Assembly (NCBI GenBank): GCA_002633005.1
Contig: NMRA01000077.1
Span: 558,001-622,000, forward strand
Source: Phoronis australis
Taxonomy: Eukaryota; Animalia; Phoronida
DNA: 64,000 nucleotides
Direction of reading: 5' to 3'
Shown: positions 49,350 to 62,500 of the stretch, piece by piece
Layout of the letters: every line of letters begins with the position of its first letter
Numbering within the stretch: the first letter of the stretch is position 1
The notes under the pieces: model-generated
Database searches by the model: none
What the model saw: only the letters and a program-made list of their open reading frames with translations
Told to the model about the DNA's origin: nothing
Position numbers and translations under genes: made by a program

Positions 49350-49950
49350 TTGCACGGTGCAAATTGTCACTGCGGTGACAGCTTTTGCCACCCGTTTGTG
49401 AGAACGGGCAATTTGCGCTCGAACATCTTGCTCCGTGTCAATTTTATGTCTAAACCCGAAACTGGGGCAAGGCGTATAGGATCATCTCTACTGTGCTTGT
49501 GCAATGACCTGCATATGGGTTCTCTGTCTCTGCAACTCCCGCTATTTGAAAACCAGTGCATGTGCATTCTACTCTCCAGCGTACAACTTCCGTCTTGCCA
49601 CAGTTAATGAAATTTCGTGTGTAAACGGCCACTTGATACCGATCAAGTTGCTCCGTGTCAGTTATGCTGGATCAAAAGTTGATGTCTAAACGGGACTATA
49701 GACACATAAGTCCTATTTTCTTCACAAAAGTTGACACTCAGATCAGCTGACGCAAAACGAGATGATGGGGCGTTAGTATTTCTGTATATCGAACTGAAAC
49801 GAAGCAAATATTGACTCCACAGTGACAACCTTTGTCACCCATTTGTGAGGTAGAGCAAGTTGCGCCTAATCAACTTGCTCTGTGTCAACTATACGTCTAA
49901 ATGTGAAACTGGGGCAAGGTGGAAGGAATCTTCTCTATTGCGCTTGTGCA

Positions 49951-49953
<3 letters not shown>

Positions 49954-50006
<53 letters not shown>
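49954..50006. repeat. (CA)n microsatellite
   Basis: Seen directly. Confidence 0.98.
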
Positions 50007-50010
<4 letters not shown>

Positions 50011-52092
50011 ACTGTTTTTGCTTAGGTCCTACAATTTGCCAGTTACCTGTTCAATGCCTTGCAACCCTGAACACGATTTATTTTTTCAGGAAATTGTCCG
50101 TTAACAGTTTAAAATGTGTTCACTTCATACTTGGTTGTGAACAGCAAGCCTACTCATGAAAGCGTTTATCAGGTGATCAAAAAAAATTCATTGAAGCAAA
50201 ACTCAATGTCATGAATTAGGTACACAGGTGGAAATTAAAAGCAGCACAACAACAAGAGCAATAAACTGTATCTCGTGCAATTTGACTCTTTGCACGTGAT
50301 TACTCCACATTCCTGCCTACAACTTTCACATTGTCACCGTTTCTGAGTTGTGTTTGTGTGTGTAAACGGGCCACTTGGCACCAATCATCTTGCACCGTGT
50401 CAGTTGCGCCGTGTCAAAAGTTAGTGATAAGTTGTATGTGTCTGATAAACAATTATGCCAAATGAAGATACAGTTCCTGTAAAAAATAAAATGGATTTCA
50501 GTGGCTTGTAAACATCTACAGACATGAGAGACAACAGAGATGTGTAAATAATATGGTGGAAAACAACGTTTGTCTCTTGAGCACACCACAGTTAAAAGTT
50601 TAATTTCACTGTAACATGCCTTTTAGTCCAAGTATAGTAAAGCAACCAACAAGCACAATAAAAGATTGAAGCTAGCCTCAAAATGCATCGAAATTAGATT
50701 ATCATTTCGTATGTGTGAACCATTTTTGAGCCGCTCACCATCCGATCATGATGAAGTTAAGAATCATCATACAAATGCAAATTATTAATCATGTTGCGGC
50801 TATACAGGTTATCTGTGATGTCACTGGATCCTTATGAACCGTGACACAATCCTTTTGATAAAAAACGACACAAGAGAAATGGGCAAAGCTACAGATAGGA
50901 GATATACAGTTAGTTTATTTCCGAAAGCAAGTTTGACCTTGCTGCTGTTGTTCGATGCACAATACGTAAAGTTTAATGCAGACAAATGTCAGATCAGATA
51001 GTATTCACAACTTTTCATATCATTTGGTACGTGTTCAGACATATACCAACATTGAGCACAGTCCTGACCACCCGAAAGTGGGAATGTTAAACTGCGGCAC
51101 TATTTTTGGTTACATTGGTTACAACAGTTTAAAAGAAACCCATTACACTGAATATTTACTTGCATCGCCCTCACACTTTTGTGTTGGAAGAAGTCCGTCC
51201 TCACATGATTTCAAATCTGTGGATTAAAATGACACTGATGTTACAAATTTATTGTATCAAAAGTAAAATGCATTTGCTCTGTAATTCATTTCTTGTATTC
51301 TTTAGAATGTTGATGATCCGACCATTTAATCGAGTCCATTCTTTGGAAGTGAACTAGATATGTACACAAAGACTAATAATTCTTATTCGTTATACCAGTA
51401 TTATTAAATAATTATATTATTTGTCAATATGCAATGAGGTAGGATGCCAATTTTCACATACAAGAGCCACATAGTGTGAAACGGGGGGTGAATAATTAAA
51501 ACTTCAAAATAGGGTTCAGGTGAATGGGCTGCTAATGAGGGATTGCCCCAGTAATTGGCGTATTCACTGCATGGTATTACATAACTTTTAATTATAAGTG
51601 AAACTTAAGCAGAGATCTCTGTATCTCTTAAGTTTTGTTTACATTCCTGGAAGTTTTTAAACCTCACTGAGCAGTGAAGTCCATTTGTGCTTTAGTATTT
51701 AGTAGATGAAGACTTTCAGCAAAGGTTGGGACATGCATTTTACATGTGGTTCTCATGTATGGCCTGTTAACTGAAGGGAACATACACGGAATGATAGGTG
51801 TGATAAATATATTCCATGGTCATGTTCTTTAAAATTGACATAAATATAATTAAGTTTAAAACATTTGGAGAAGCTCTGCTGAGTGTTGGTATATGATTTT
51901 TAGTGTAACGTTGCTAGCTTGCATCTGCTTGGTGGTTGATAATGGCACTTGAAATACGATTTAATATTTTCTAATTGGAATTTGCCCTAACTTTCTCTGC
52001 AATTCTTGTTTTGATGCCTGGTGTCTGAAGAAGTCTATATTCAGCCTACCAGACACCCTACGCACATCGCGTCATGCGACAAATATGGTGCA

Positions 52093-52256
52093 AGATTGAC
52101 TACACTGTTCAGTGTGTGTAAAGTAAGATTGACTACACTGTTCAGTGTGTGTAAAGTAAGATTGACTACACTGTTCAGTGTGTGTAAAGTAAGATTGACT
52201 ACACTGTTCAGTGTGTGTAAAGTAAGATTGACTACACTGTTGAATGTGTGTAAAGT
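52093..52256. repeat. 33-bp minisatellite, 5 copies
   Basis: Unit aagattgactacactgttcagtgtgtgtaaagt. Confidence 0.97.
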
Positions 52257-55200
52257 ACCATCCACATACTAGAACAAGTTACTCCAAAAGTGAGTTGAAG
52301 AGTTGTCGCTAGAGTTAGAAGTAGTGGACAATATGTATATGTCATGGCCTAACAATGCAGTGTGCCATGGTAGCATTCTGTAACAAAACTTGCTTGCCTG
52401 AAATCAATGAATGACATTATGTGACATTTTGAGAACTCTATGAGACAAAATGTGAGCCAAGTAGTTAGTTTTTGTGTTTTGTTTGGTTTACAGTTATTTT
52501 TGCCATTAAACGTAGATCCATTCTCTGAATATGTGAATTGGGTTATGTTTTTGTCTTTGCTTCATTTTTCGTATTAGCCAGTCCGATATTTTAAGCAAGA
52601 TGAGATTAATAACAAATAACTTGCCAAAGGAGTCAATTTGAAACTGGTCATTTCATCTTCATTTACATAATTCATGTAGCCGGCTCTATTGATTTGTGAA
52701 CAGTGGAAGATCTTGGATTGTTTATCACTGTGCAAGGAACAGTGGTTTTAGAGGGACACTATCAGTTTTACAGACAAAAAACACTTTAGGGATTATTGGG
52801 ATAGTCTACTTAAAATTGTTACCTTTGACGAGAGCTATAAAACTACTAGTTTTATCATTAGTAGCTAGTTTGTGCTGGTGTCTGCAAGACATTTACTGAA
52901 ATCAAAACCCCTGTCTTATATCATTTATGGTATACTCTATGCCATTCCACATGTGGGATGTGGCATTAGATGCTGTGCAGGGAGACTGACTGTCCCTTTA
53001 ATTTAGCGTTAAATTGAGGGAGTACATTAAGGTGCATAGCTCAAGTATATGTAAACAAGCCAACAATTTGAACATGCTCAATTATCCTGCCATTGTTTTA
53101 CTTTGGGATACTATTTGATTTCTGATCAAGCCATGTGATTTATTGGGTTAGTAAACAATTGTTTGCGTCATAATGTTCAACCAACTAGACATTTGCTTGG
53201 AACCTGTCAATGAAATGACATGTGTTTTTACAGTGCATTTTATATCTAAAACAGTTGTGTTATTGTATTCCTGGTTTCTGCTTCATTTATCAGCTAATTA
53301 CAATCATTATTAACCTAGTTGTGTTGTTTTTGAAATGGTGATGAATGCAAATTCCGCTGTGACCAATATCACATTGCAGACTAATAACTCTAAATAAGTG
53401 TAGTCTGAAATGAACCGATTTCCTTGTGTCTGGAAGACAAAATGAGTCAAAGGTCTTAGATGCTGTGGCTTATCACAATTGCTGACTTGTGGTGCTTTTA
53501 AAGATTACAGCTGTATAGTAGGCTGAACATGTTAATGAGCGTACTAATTATGGTGCCTATCGTTATCACATTACTATAATTATGCGCAGAAATTCTTGGA
53601 ATTATGTTTTGATGCAGTTATGACTGTTCACCCAACTGGTTAAATTTCATGCTGCTGTTTTCATACTGTTTGTTTGTTAGGAGTCTTAGGGGATCTTAAA
53701 TCTACAACAGTGTCACCAAGCTTCCTCTTTTTCCAACCACTTCCTTGCTTACAACATTCTTTTCTCACAAACAAGACCTATATTCCTTCCCTCAGGTTTT
53801 AAGTCTTGGGAATATTTTTTGTGAACACCTGCATTGTGTGAGAAAAATGTGTTCAGTGTGAAAAAAGTACAATTGTATTCTAAGGATAAATAAAAATATG
53901 CAAAAATGCTTTGTTTGTCATCAAAATATGCCTAAGGCTGATTTTATTCAGAACCATGTTCAAAAGAAAAAAGCATTGATATTGAAAATGTGTCTGTGAT
54001 TCTTGTGGCAAGAAGGCTGTCTGAAACCTGTATAAGTTGTACTGTACATATATGTAACTACTGCAGGAATTCTTGAGTTGTTTTACAGAAGAATGATTGT
54101 CACAATTGTCATTTTTTTTCTTCAAATACCTTGCTACAAATAATGGTCAGTTGCGATTTTATGATAATTGTCAGTACTGCAAAAACCGTCATACTATTAA
54201 AGTAGAATTTCCTCAAAAGTTTATTCTTGTTACTAAATTTAATACAATGAAATTCAAATTGCCCATGTGCAGTGTTTAGTTCTGTGCACTGCCTGATTTT
54301 TAATTTGTGAATAAGATTTAGGCTAATTACATGTTCTGAGAACTGCAAATTGTTGGTAGTTGATATAATTAGGGTAGACATCTGACTAACTATGTTACCT
54401 CTCAGCTCATTACCTTCAACCTGCTCTGGAGAACACATTTCTATAACACTCATGCATTACAACTATAACCACTGCTTTTTCTTGTTTGAATCAGTTCAAG
54501 GGGAATGATATTGTATTGTAAACTCTACCTATTAATATTAAGTCTACTGCTAGCAAAACTTGTAAATGTAGATCTGACATTAAGTTCCCTTATGAGTATT
54601 GTGAACACTAGTGTTCAGTTACAGGAGTCCAGATTTCTTCCACCATCTTGAATATGTAATTAGGTAGGGTAAACAAGCCAATCCATGTGAGTTTCTCAAG
54701 TAATTGTATGGGAGTGTAAAAGGATGTAAAACCAATAGTTTTTGAAAGATTGTCAATATGATGTCAAAAGCCTTAATTGGTCATCATTAGCATATCCAGT
54801 TTTGTCGCGTTCATTTGTTTTCCTAAGATCTTATGCTCAATTTTGGAGTGCATTGTAGATGCTGTTGTCGGTAAAAATCCAGTAATTTTTACAAAATTCC
54901 TCATTTCTTCTTATCTGGGGAAAGGTCAATTTAAACAAATAAATGATGGAGATAAAACATACAATATTGGAATTAAAGACATACACATGCACAAGGATCA
55001 CAGGGCTGCGCCTAAGTGAAACTTATGTGCCTGCTTCTACCTAGGATATGTCTGAAAACATTTTTACAAAAACATAGTTTTTGAAAGACAGCATTATTTT
55101 GAATATAAATGCATGGGGTGAGGGACATGTGCATACGGTAATTTTATTGCTAGTAATTTTATTCCTGTGAGTTTGTGCCGCATAGTGCTCGAGGTATTTG

Positions 55201-55408
55201 TATGAAGAGTGTGTTTATCTCAAACATTGGTGTAAAAAGTCCACTTCCTGAACAAACACAACTCCCTTCCATTAATTTGCCTTTGAAGATGAGCCTGGTA
55301 AAAGGCCAGCAGCCATTACCGGTTGTGTTATACAGCCCCTAGGTCAAATCATGTTATCTTTTTAAAGAGAATCTTGCTGCTTCAATTTTCTTGAAAACAT
55401 CACTGAGG

Positions 55409-55876
55409 CAGGCCTTTATGCAGCCTATGTCCAAATGGACGCCCTAGCACTAATCTGGAGGCCCTGGCAAGGATGCCCAATGATACACCCACTGTCAATA
55501 GGAACCTTTCAAAATTGGCGTCACACATTGTAATGATTACTAGGAAGCCTCTGAAGGCTCACAGTGGGGCTCTTTTTCAAAGCAGGAAGAAATATGCAAT
55601 GTATATACAAAGTATATAAAATGTTGCTATGTTCACACTTGGTTGATAGCATTTTAAAAGTCTTGGTCTACAGTTTTTTAGTAAAAATGCTCATTACAGT
55701 AGGCTGTTTTGTAAACTTAGATGTAAAAACAGCTTGGTCTATGCATTTTTGTAAAAAATATGTGTGTTTGGGGGATTGCTGGGGGTGGGGGGTTACGTGT
55801 CGGAATGATGGATGCCCTGGAATATTGGGAACCCCATTTTGGACACCCCATTTTCAAAATCCTGGATAAAGGCCTG
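55409..55876. mobile_element. hAT-superfamily non-autonomous element
   Basis: TIRs CAGGCCTTTATGCAG / CTGGATAAAGGCCTG. 8-bp flanks CACTGAGG and CACAGAGG (7/8 match, consistent with a TSD). Confidence 0.8.
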
Positions 55877-57557
55877 CACAGAGGAATTCTTAATAGTAGC
55901 CAAAGTGGGTGAAACATCTTTCGTCATGACATTGAATTTTTCTAGTTCAAAATAAAGAAGCACATTTGATTGTGGTCTGCTTACGGAGCCCTTTTGAAAC
56001 CCTCACCTTTCTACTTTAAGAGATAAAATGGACCTGCCCGCCTGCATCAATTTCAGCCAAGGTCTCAAAAACATTTTTCAAAACCCACAGCAAGCCCCCA
56101 AGCGAGGTTTTAAATGGCGTAATTTTCCCGATCAGCCACTATCGTCTTATAATTGACAGTCAATGACCCGCTGTCTTGCCTCCCCAACTGAAGAAAAAAG
56201 CAACTCCTCGCATCGACTTCAGCCAAGGTTCGACATGACTACGTCCAGTTGCATCACTACATGACTGAAGCATGGTTATGGAAAAAGAAAATTCCACACC
56301 ACTTATTCCCAATGGGTTTTTAAGCTGATATTAGGTGGATGTTTGTTTATGAAGTAATGAACAACTAAAACTATATAGGGTACATTATTTCTCTGCATCA
56401 AACCACCGACCAGAACAAATGTTTATTTTACTAAATTGCAATATGATGTAGAAGGAAAAATTACATACTTGTTATTTTTTAAACTTTCGATAAGCTAAAA
56501 ATAATATTTTCTTTTTAAATACTGTTGAATTTGGGATAGTGAACCAGTCATTTATCTTAATGAGTTGAAGATGCGAGCCATTAAAGAGTGCTCACTAAAA
56601 TAACCTTGAAGTACAGATATTGGCAATGACCTACTGTTCAGTAGTAGACAATGAATGTAACCAGGGGAGATTGCCTGCTTGGATGTTTTATTTACAAGAT
56701 TGTCTTAGTAGGTTGCTATTTCCTGTTTCTCACTAGCAAATGTAATCCTGTTCTAGAATTTTATCCCACCAACATTCTTTGCCAAGGTTTCAATTCATCA
56801 CTTCTGGGAGCAATATGTCTGGTTGTGCTCAAAGGAGCAAACACTGAAATGGTTGTAATTATTTAAAATATATTTTAGTTTCTAAATTATAAGTATTGCA
56901 TTTAACTCCTTGATTTTGCTTCAAGTTTAGAAATCAAGCAACAAAATTTTGCTTGTGAGGTTAAAATTTTAGGTTGACCACTGTTAATTATTCACTGCTC
57001 ACAGTTGCAAGTGTATTTTGACATATGCATATTTTGATTTTGCAATGTTTTGATTACCTAAATTTGTAACAATTATGTCTCTTTTTTGTAGATTCTGTAC
57101 TCAGACTCTTGGTTTCCTGAATTTTGTTTAAAAGTCTGTTTTTCAGCATTTCTAGACTGAATTGGTTGTAGTGCTTTGGTCGTGAAGATTTCTAACGCCA
57201 TTTTCTCACTAATCAAAACCTTAGGTCAGTCATTAGGGAAACACAGATTTCCCGAAGGAGTAATTTCTTAGTGTTTCAAGAGGTTTTACCTTGGTTTTAG
57301 CAGTTACACTAAGCCAATTGCACGCATGAAAAGTTCTTAAGTATCAAATGTCCACTGATTGATTTTACTTCAGTCCTCTAACTTCTTAAGCTAAGAGTTT
57401 TTTCAGTGGCAGGTCTTAAGGTTATCTCAAACCTGATTTAGTGGCCTCCATTCTAACTCGTATATCAAAAAACAGGCTTAGTCAACTAGTAAAAGTATAT
57501 ATGGAAGAAAAAATATCAGGGAATATGTTAATGAATATTTGTATTTATGTGCCATTT

Positions 57558-57630
57558 ATCATCATCATCATCATCATCATCATCATAATCATCATCATCA
57601 TCATCATCCTTATCATTATCATTATTATTA
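57558..57630. repeat. (ATC)n/(ATT)n compound microsatellite
   Basis: Seen directly. Confidence 0.95.
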
Positions 57631-58380
57631 AATTAGCACCTTTTTAAGTCAAAAAATTCATTTTTAATAAAGGTACATACATAGCAAAATAATCCTTCTG
57701 TTGATTTTAATGAAACCTTTTATAAATGAAAGCTTCACCTGTTGGTTTCTATGACAAATCAACTTGCAAAACGTAAGGTATTTTTGTAAAAAATAGCAGT
57801 TATATTCGTCTTTGTAACATTTTGCAAAAAGTATGCCATTTGTAATAGTTCCTGTTCCTAAGTTCAAGTTAAGTCAATTTGCCGAAGCCAAGAAAAAGCC
57901 GACAAAGTTTTGAGACGTGAAAGTCTCAAGGTCTTTGGTTAATTATTCGGTGAAAACTTGTTTTCAGTCAATGTAACCTATGCATGCCTTTAATCATGTT
58001 CGCTAATTTCAACATTCACTCTCAATGTCAACTGAATTTGCAGTGTAATTTTGTGACATCTCATTCTTGTATTTTGCTTTGCACAAGCACAGTAATATAA
58101 TTAAACATGGTTGAGGTAGCACTGAAATAAGTGGAGGGCTATAGCCCCTCTAGCTCCCTATGGTGCGCCCCCTATGGTGTTAAAATGAAATCAATCTTTC
58201 CACTTGTATGTGACTAATTTTCCAAAATTTGCAAATTAAGGCATGCCTGACAAAGCCTTAATCCATTAACTTTGGGAATTTCAATGTCAACTCTTCTATT
58301 TGCATTAGACTACTTTTGACTGCTCTGAAACTCTGATCTCACCTTACTCATGAGCATAACTGCTACCAAGCCAAAAGTAT

Positions 58381-58566
58381 GCATGGTACTTTACAAAGTG
58401 CGTGTGGTACTTTACAAAGTATGTGTGGTACTTTACAAAGTATGTGTGATACTTTACAAAGTATGTGTGGTACTTTACAAAGTACGTGTGATACTTTACA
58501 AAGTATGTGTGGTACTTTACAAAGTACGTGTGATACTTTACAAAGTGCGTATGGTACTTTACAAAG
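58381..58566. repeat. 21-bp minisatellite GTG(G/A)TACTTTACAAAGTATGT, about 9 copies
   Basis: Seen directly. Confidence 0.95.
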
Positions 58567-59243
58567 AGAAGAGTTCAGATTCATACTAGTGAGCTCTCTG
58601 TTGACTGGCCTGGCATAAAGCTAGCTACATCACTTTGCTGTTTTAACTGAAGCAAATTTTTTGTTTTGAAATACAAAGTTAAATTTTCAGCCTTTTTTGA
58701 ATTCACGGAGAAAAGTAGTGTAAAACCATATACCTCACACTTGTGCCCCCGTTTAGATGTTTTCGAGTGTCGTTACAAAATGAGAATTTTGTTGTGAGCC
58801 ATTTTATATACCAATTACCCCCATCCAGATAAACAAATTTGTCTTTCTGATGTTGCATATGTGAAACCATGTATAATGAAGTGTGCACCAGTGGTGTTGG
58901 GGGAAAACATTGCTGTCATGTGAACTTCACAGGAATTCCTTGGTTGTCATTTTATGCTCTAAAAGCAATTTATGGCTGTCAGCTGATTGGGAATAGACTT
59001 CAATTTTGTGATAACAAAGTGCTGCACCAGTTCCCCAGTGTTCTCCACGACCTGTTTTGACTCGACATGGTAACGAGTTGGATTTTGCTGCGTTGAGTTT
59101 GGGAAAAGCACGTCAAGTTTAAAAATTGCTGCGTCAGGTTTAAAACTTTGGCTGGTTTGGTACTTCAGCCCTCAGCATCTAATCAGAGCCTGATTTTACC
59201 AAGAGTAAGCGCAGTTCAATTTACTAAGAGGCAGTTAACAGTA

Positions 59244-59420
59244 CTGTATTCGCCGTAATGAGGCGCCCGGGGCGCTTAGTTAAATTCGTTTTGGGGGGAG
59301 GTACTTATTAAATATTGTAGCCCAAGGCGGTTGAAACCAGATCTCCAAAATGGGTGAAATCGGAAGCTAGGATTCATGAAATTTATGCGACGTGATGTAT
59401 CTGTAGCCTATGACAGACTT
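59244..59420 (+). mobile_element. Terminal fragment of a probable pogo/Tc2-like MITE
   Basis: tactgtattcgccgtaatgaggcgcccggggcgctta resembles TACCGTATT-type termini. No partner end was found. Confidence 0.35.
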
Positions 59421-61238
59421 TCTACAAAATGATGGTGCATTGCTATCAAATTTTTTTGTTTAATTAGGACTCAGTTGGAGGGCATCTTTTGATAATAATG
59501 TTTACTTTCGATCTGTCACCAACTGTAAAATGTCCTTTCAAGTCATCACTGCGCTAACAGCTTGGTGTGTACCAGTGCCACTAATTCTTCTAAGTTCAAA
59601 GAATAAAAGCTGACACATCAGTCCCAAGCCACTCCATCATATTCCTTTAGACTTTTAACACTGACTAGCATAGAAGCAGTGATTCTAACCTATTAGGCCT
59701 GTTCAGGATTAGACCAGGGGTCCCATGTGACAAGGTATCAGTTTGCAATTCTGGTTGTATCACCTGTCTTACATGGGCACAACATGCTGCGAGTTCCCAT
59801 TGCTTTTTGTAGCACATGACTGGTCATGTGGTAGAGCCTACCTCCAGCTAAAACTGCTTTTACTGCTTTGGCTAACTTATTGCAGCTGGACTCCAACCCC
59901 TAAATAACCAACTCGGACAGCACTTTTAATCCCAGTAATGGTTAATGTTTTAAAGCAAGTTATTTTTTAAGATAAATTTACGTTAAACTTATGTGACGAA
60001 TCCTCTAAAAGTCTTGGAAGGTTGCATGTTTATGTTCAGGTGAATATTAGCGGCTACTGTGGTTCTGTTACCGTATATTGCTCTTCACTCGTCTAATCCA
60101 ATTTTTGAGGTGTTCAAGAACTTGGCCATTTTGGAAGCTAATGCTCCTAGGATATATGTGAGAATAAACACCTTAAAATAGTTGGCATTAATGCTAGCTA
60201 TGTAGTCATTACATCGCCACTTAACCCATCTTTACCTGCAAATGTGTTTATAACAAAGTAGACACAGCTGTTTGAGGATAAACCAACTACTTCTGATGAT
60301 TTGCAGCTTTTATGCAATGTGAGAAATTAAGGTAGACTTGTTGGTGGTTTTTGCCAGAATTTGGATCTGTGTCATCCTATAGTACGATCTGTTGACGCGA
60401 GAAAGTCACATAAAAGCAAGACCATGCAAACTAACGCGAGTACAAGGCGAGTGTTTCGCGAGTATGCTTTCTTGTGTACACTAACAAAATGGCGACCACT
60501 GAGATGATTGGTCGGTGAGGACAGAATGTTGAATTGTGGGATGGAATTCACTGTTTTTGTGCCTTAAGCAAAGATTGGTTGCTACAAGGACTCCGTGAGT
60601 GTCTGGGACCTGCATGTGTCTCAAAGAGCCTTTTGCCAAAAGTTGATTATTTTTGTCTTTCGGTCTAATGGCTTTTAGGTTGGTCCCAAGCAGATTTCTG
60701 TCTTTTGGCTTTAAGTTATAGACAGGTTTTCTGAATTTCAGCCTTAGCCCGGTTTCATAAAACAGTCTTAAGTCATACGCAGACTAATATGTAGTCAAAA
60801 GTCAAAAGGGAACAGACTCCTGGGGACTTCATACTTTCATCTGCGTTACTGACTTGGGAATATTGTCATAAAAGAGGTTATAGGGGATGCATAATGCTCA
60901 GAAGAGTGACTTAGTCACTACCACATTCCCTATGAAAGGATGCCATGTCTGACATAATGTCCTGCAAAAGGTATTTCTGACACTATTCCCTACAAAAGAG
61001 ATGAATGAGAGTTCAAAATTCAACAAACAATTCCTTTTCCAACTTCGCATTTCTATGAGAAGTGTTTAATAACGTCATTTCTAAAACTTTTGTTTTGAAA
61101 GATATACTCAGTTTTGACAACGTGCCGATCTCATACTGATTCAAACTTAATTGGATAAACACGCAGTTGTCCAAGAGTCCTTACAAATGGGACATGTGGA
61201 GGAATATCCTACATTTTCATTGAAGTTCCTGTCAAATG

Positions 61239-61441
61239 ACTTAGTCACTACCACTTAGTCACCACCACTTAGTCACTACCACTTAGTCACCACCACTTAG
61301 TCACTACCACTTAGTCACCACCACTTAGTCACTACCACTTAGTCACCACTACTTAGTCACTACCACTTAGTCACTACCACTTAGTCACCACCACTTAGTC
61401 ACCACCACTTAGTCACCACCACTTAGTCACTACCACTTAGT
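61239..61441. repeat. 14-bp minisatellite ACTTAGTCAC(T/C)ACC, about 14 copies
   Basis: Seen directly. A solitary monomer lies at 60909-60925. Confidence 0.97.
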
Positions 61442-61581
61442 CCCTTTTTGTGTCCATGCTCTAAATGTTAGGTGAATATCCTAATTTCTCAGCTCTACCC
61501 TAGTCAGAAATATAGTTGAGTTACCTCTCTCGATATTTGGTCTGAGTTGGACAACTCATTTACTCCATTCAATCACTAAAT

Positions 61582-62500
61582 CTGGGTGTTCCATTGAAAC
61601 AGGAACCCCAAATATCTCAGAGTCAAAAACGGATTCCTGCACTTTCAAAACAAGTATCAGCCCTTAAAACACGAACCCTGGCCTTTAAAACAGGAATCCC
61701 GGGTGTCGGACAGTGGAAACCAGGACAGTTTTTCAAATTTTCTGAGTCCGTTGTCTGTAGCCTCAAACTTTGAGTTGCACCATATCTTCAAGTACCTTCT
61801 AGTTGTTTTCTGCATTTGCTTATTAAAAATTGTCAATAATAAAATGTAACTTTTATTATATTGACTTTGTTATTTGCCTTTTGTTGGTAAAACTTATGCA
61901 ACATGTCTGTGAGTGAATTTCAACATTATCTAAACTGTCAACATGTTGTCTTGGTGAATATTTAGTTATTTTCAGATTATTTAATAGTTTCTCCAAAAAT
62001 ATTTTCAAGAAGGAAACATAAAAATATAATTTCGACTTTTGAGTGCCATTGTTGATTAGTTTGTTGTGACATGTGTAAGTGACCTCGCGGAAGAAGAATC
62101 ATTGATTGAAGAATTAGGGTAAAAAGAAACTGGCCAATAGATGATGCTATATTTGACGGCCCTGAAAGCCGATGCAAAAGATTGCACCACAACTTTAGCA
62201 GCAGAATAAGCTAGAATGCAAATTCGTCATAAGTTGTCTAAAATTCTCATATGTCGGTAGTAAAACAACATATCACAACAATTATTTAATGTAGGAAGAT
62301 GTATTTTTTCATCAAACAGTGTTTGGCAGAAAGTGCGGTAGTGGTGTTTCGGTCCCCGGGTGTCCTGTTCCAGAGATTCCTGTTTTTAAAGGTCAGGGTT
62401 TGAATTTTTCGGGCTGGTTACCTGTTTTGAAGGTGCGGGAGTTTTTGACTCCAGGATATCTGATTTACAGCGGGGGTTACTGTTACGATAGAACACCCTG
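61582..62500. mobile_element. Tc1/mariner-like non-autonomous element with ~140-bp imperfect TIRs
   Basis: The left end ctgggtgttcc...gagtcaaaaac...ttcaaaaca...cctttaaaacaggaatc matches the reverse complement of 62341-62500. The right end is GAACACCCTG|TA. Confidence 0.7.

Larger units (their letters stand above)
48717..49952. mobile_element. Composite foldback of family C MITEs: two inverted ~230-bp arms around a central TIR-bounded element
   Basis: 48717-48942 and 49724-49952 are imperfect reverse complements. The central element 49021-49697 has TIRs AGTGCCGTTTACA / TCTAAACGGGACT. Confidence 0.75.

Noticed and set aside
57075-57130. Candidate ERG exon 2 acceptors (also 61975)
   Set aside because: The downstream phase-1 frames do not encode PAS-domain sequence.
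61239-61441. Interstitial telomeric repeat
   Set aside because: The unit contains TTAGTC, not TTAGGG or TTAGG, and has a 14-bp period.
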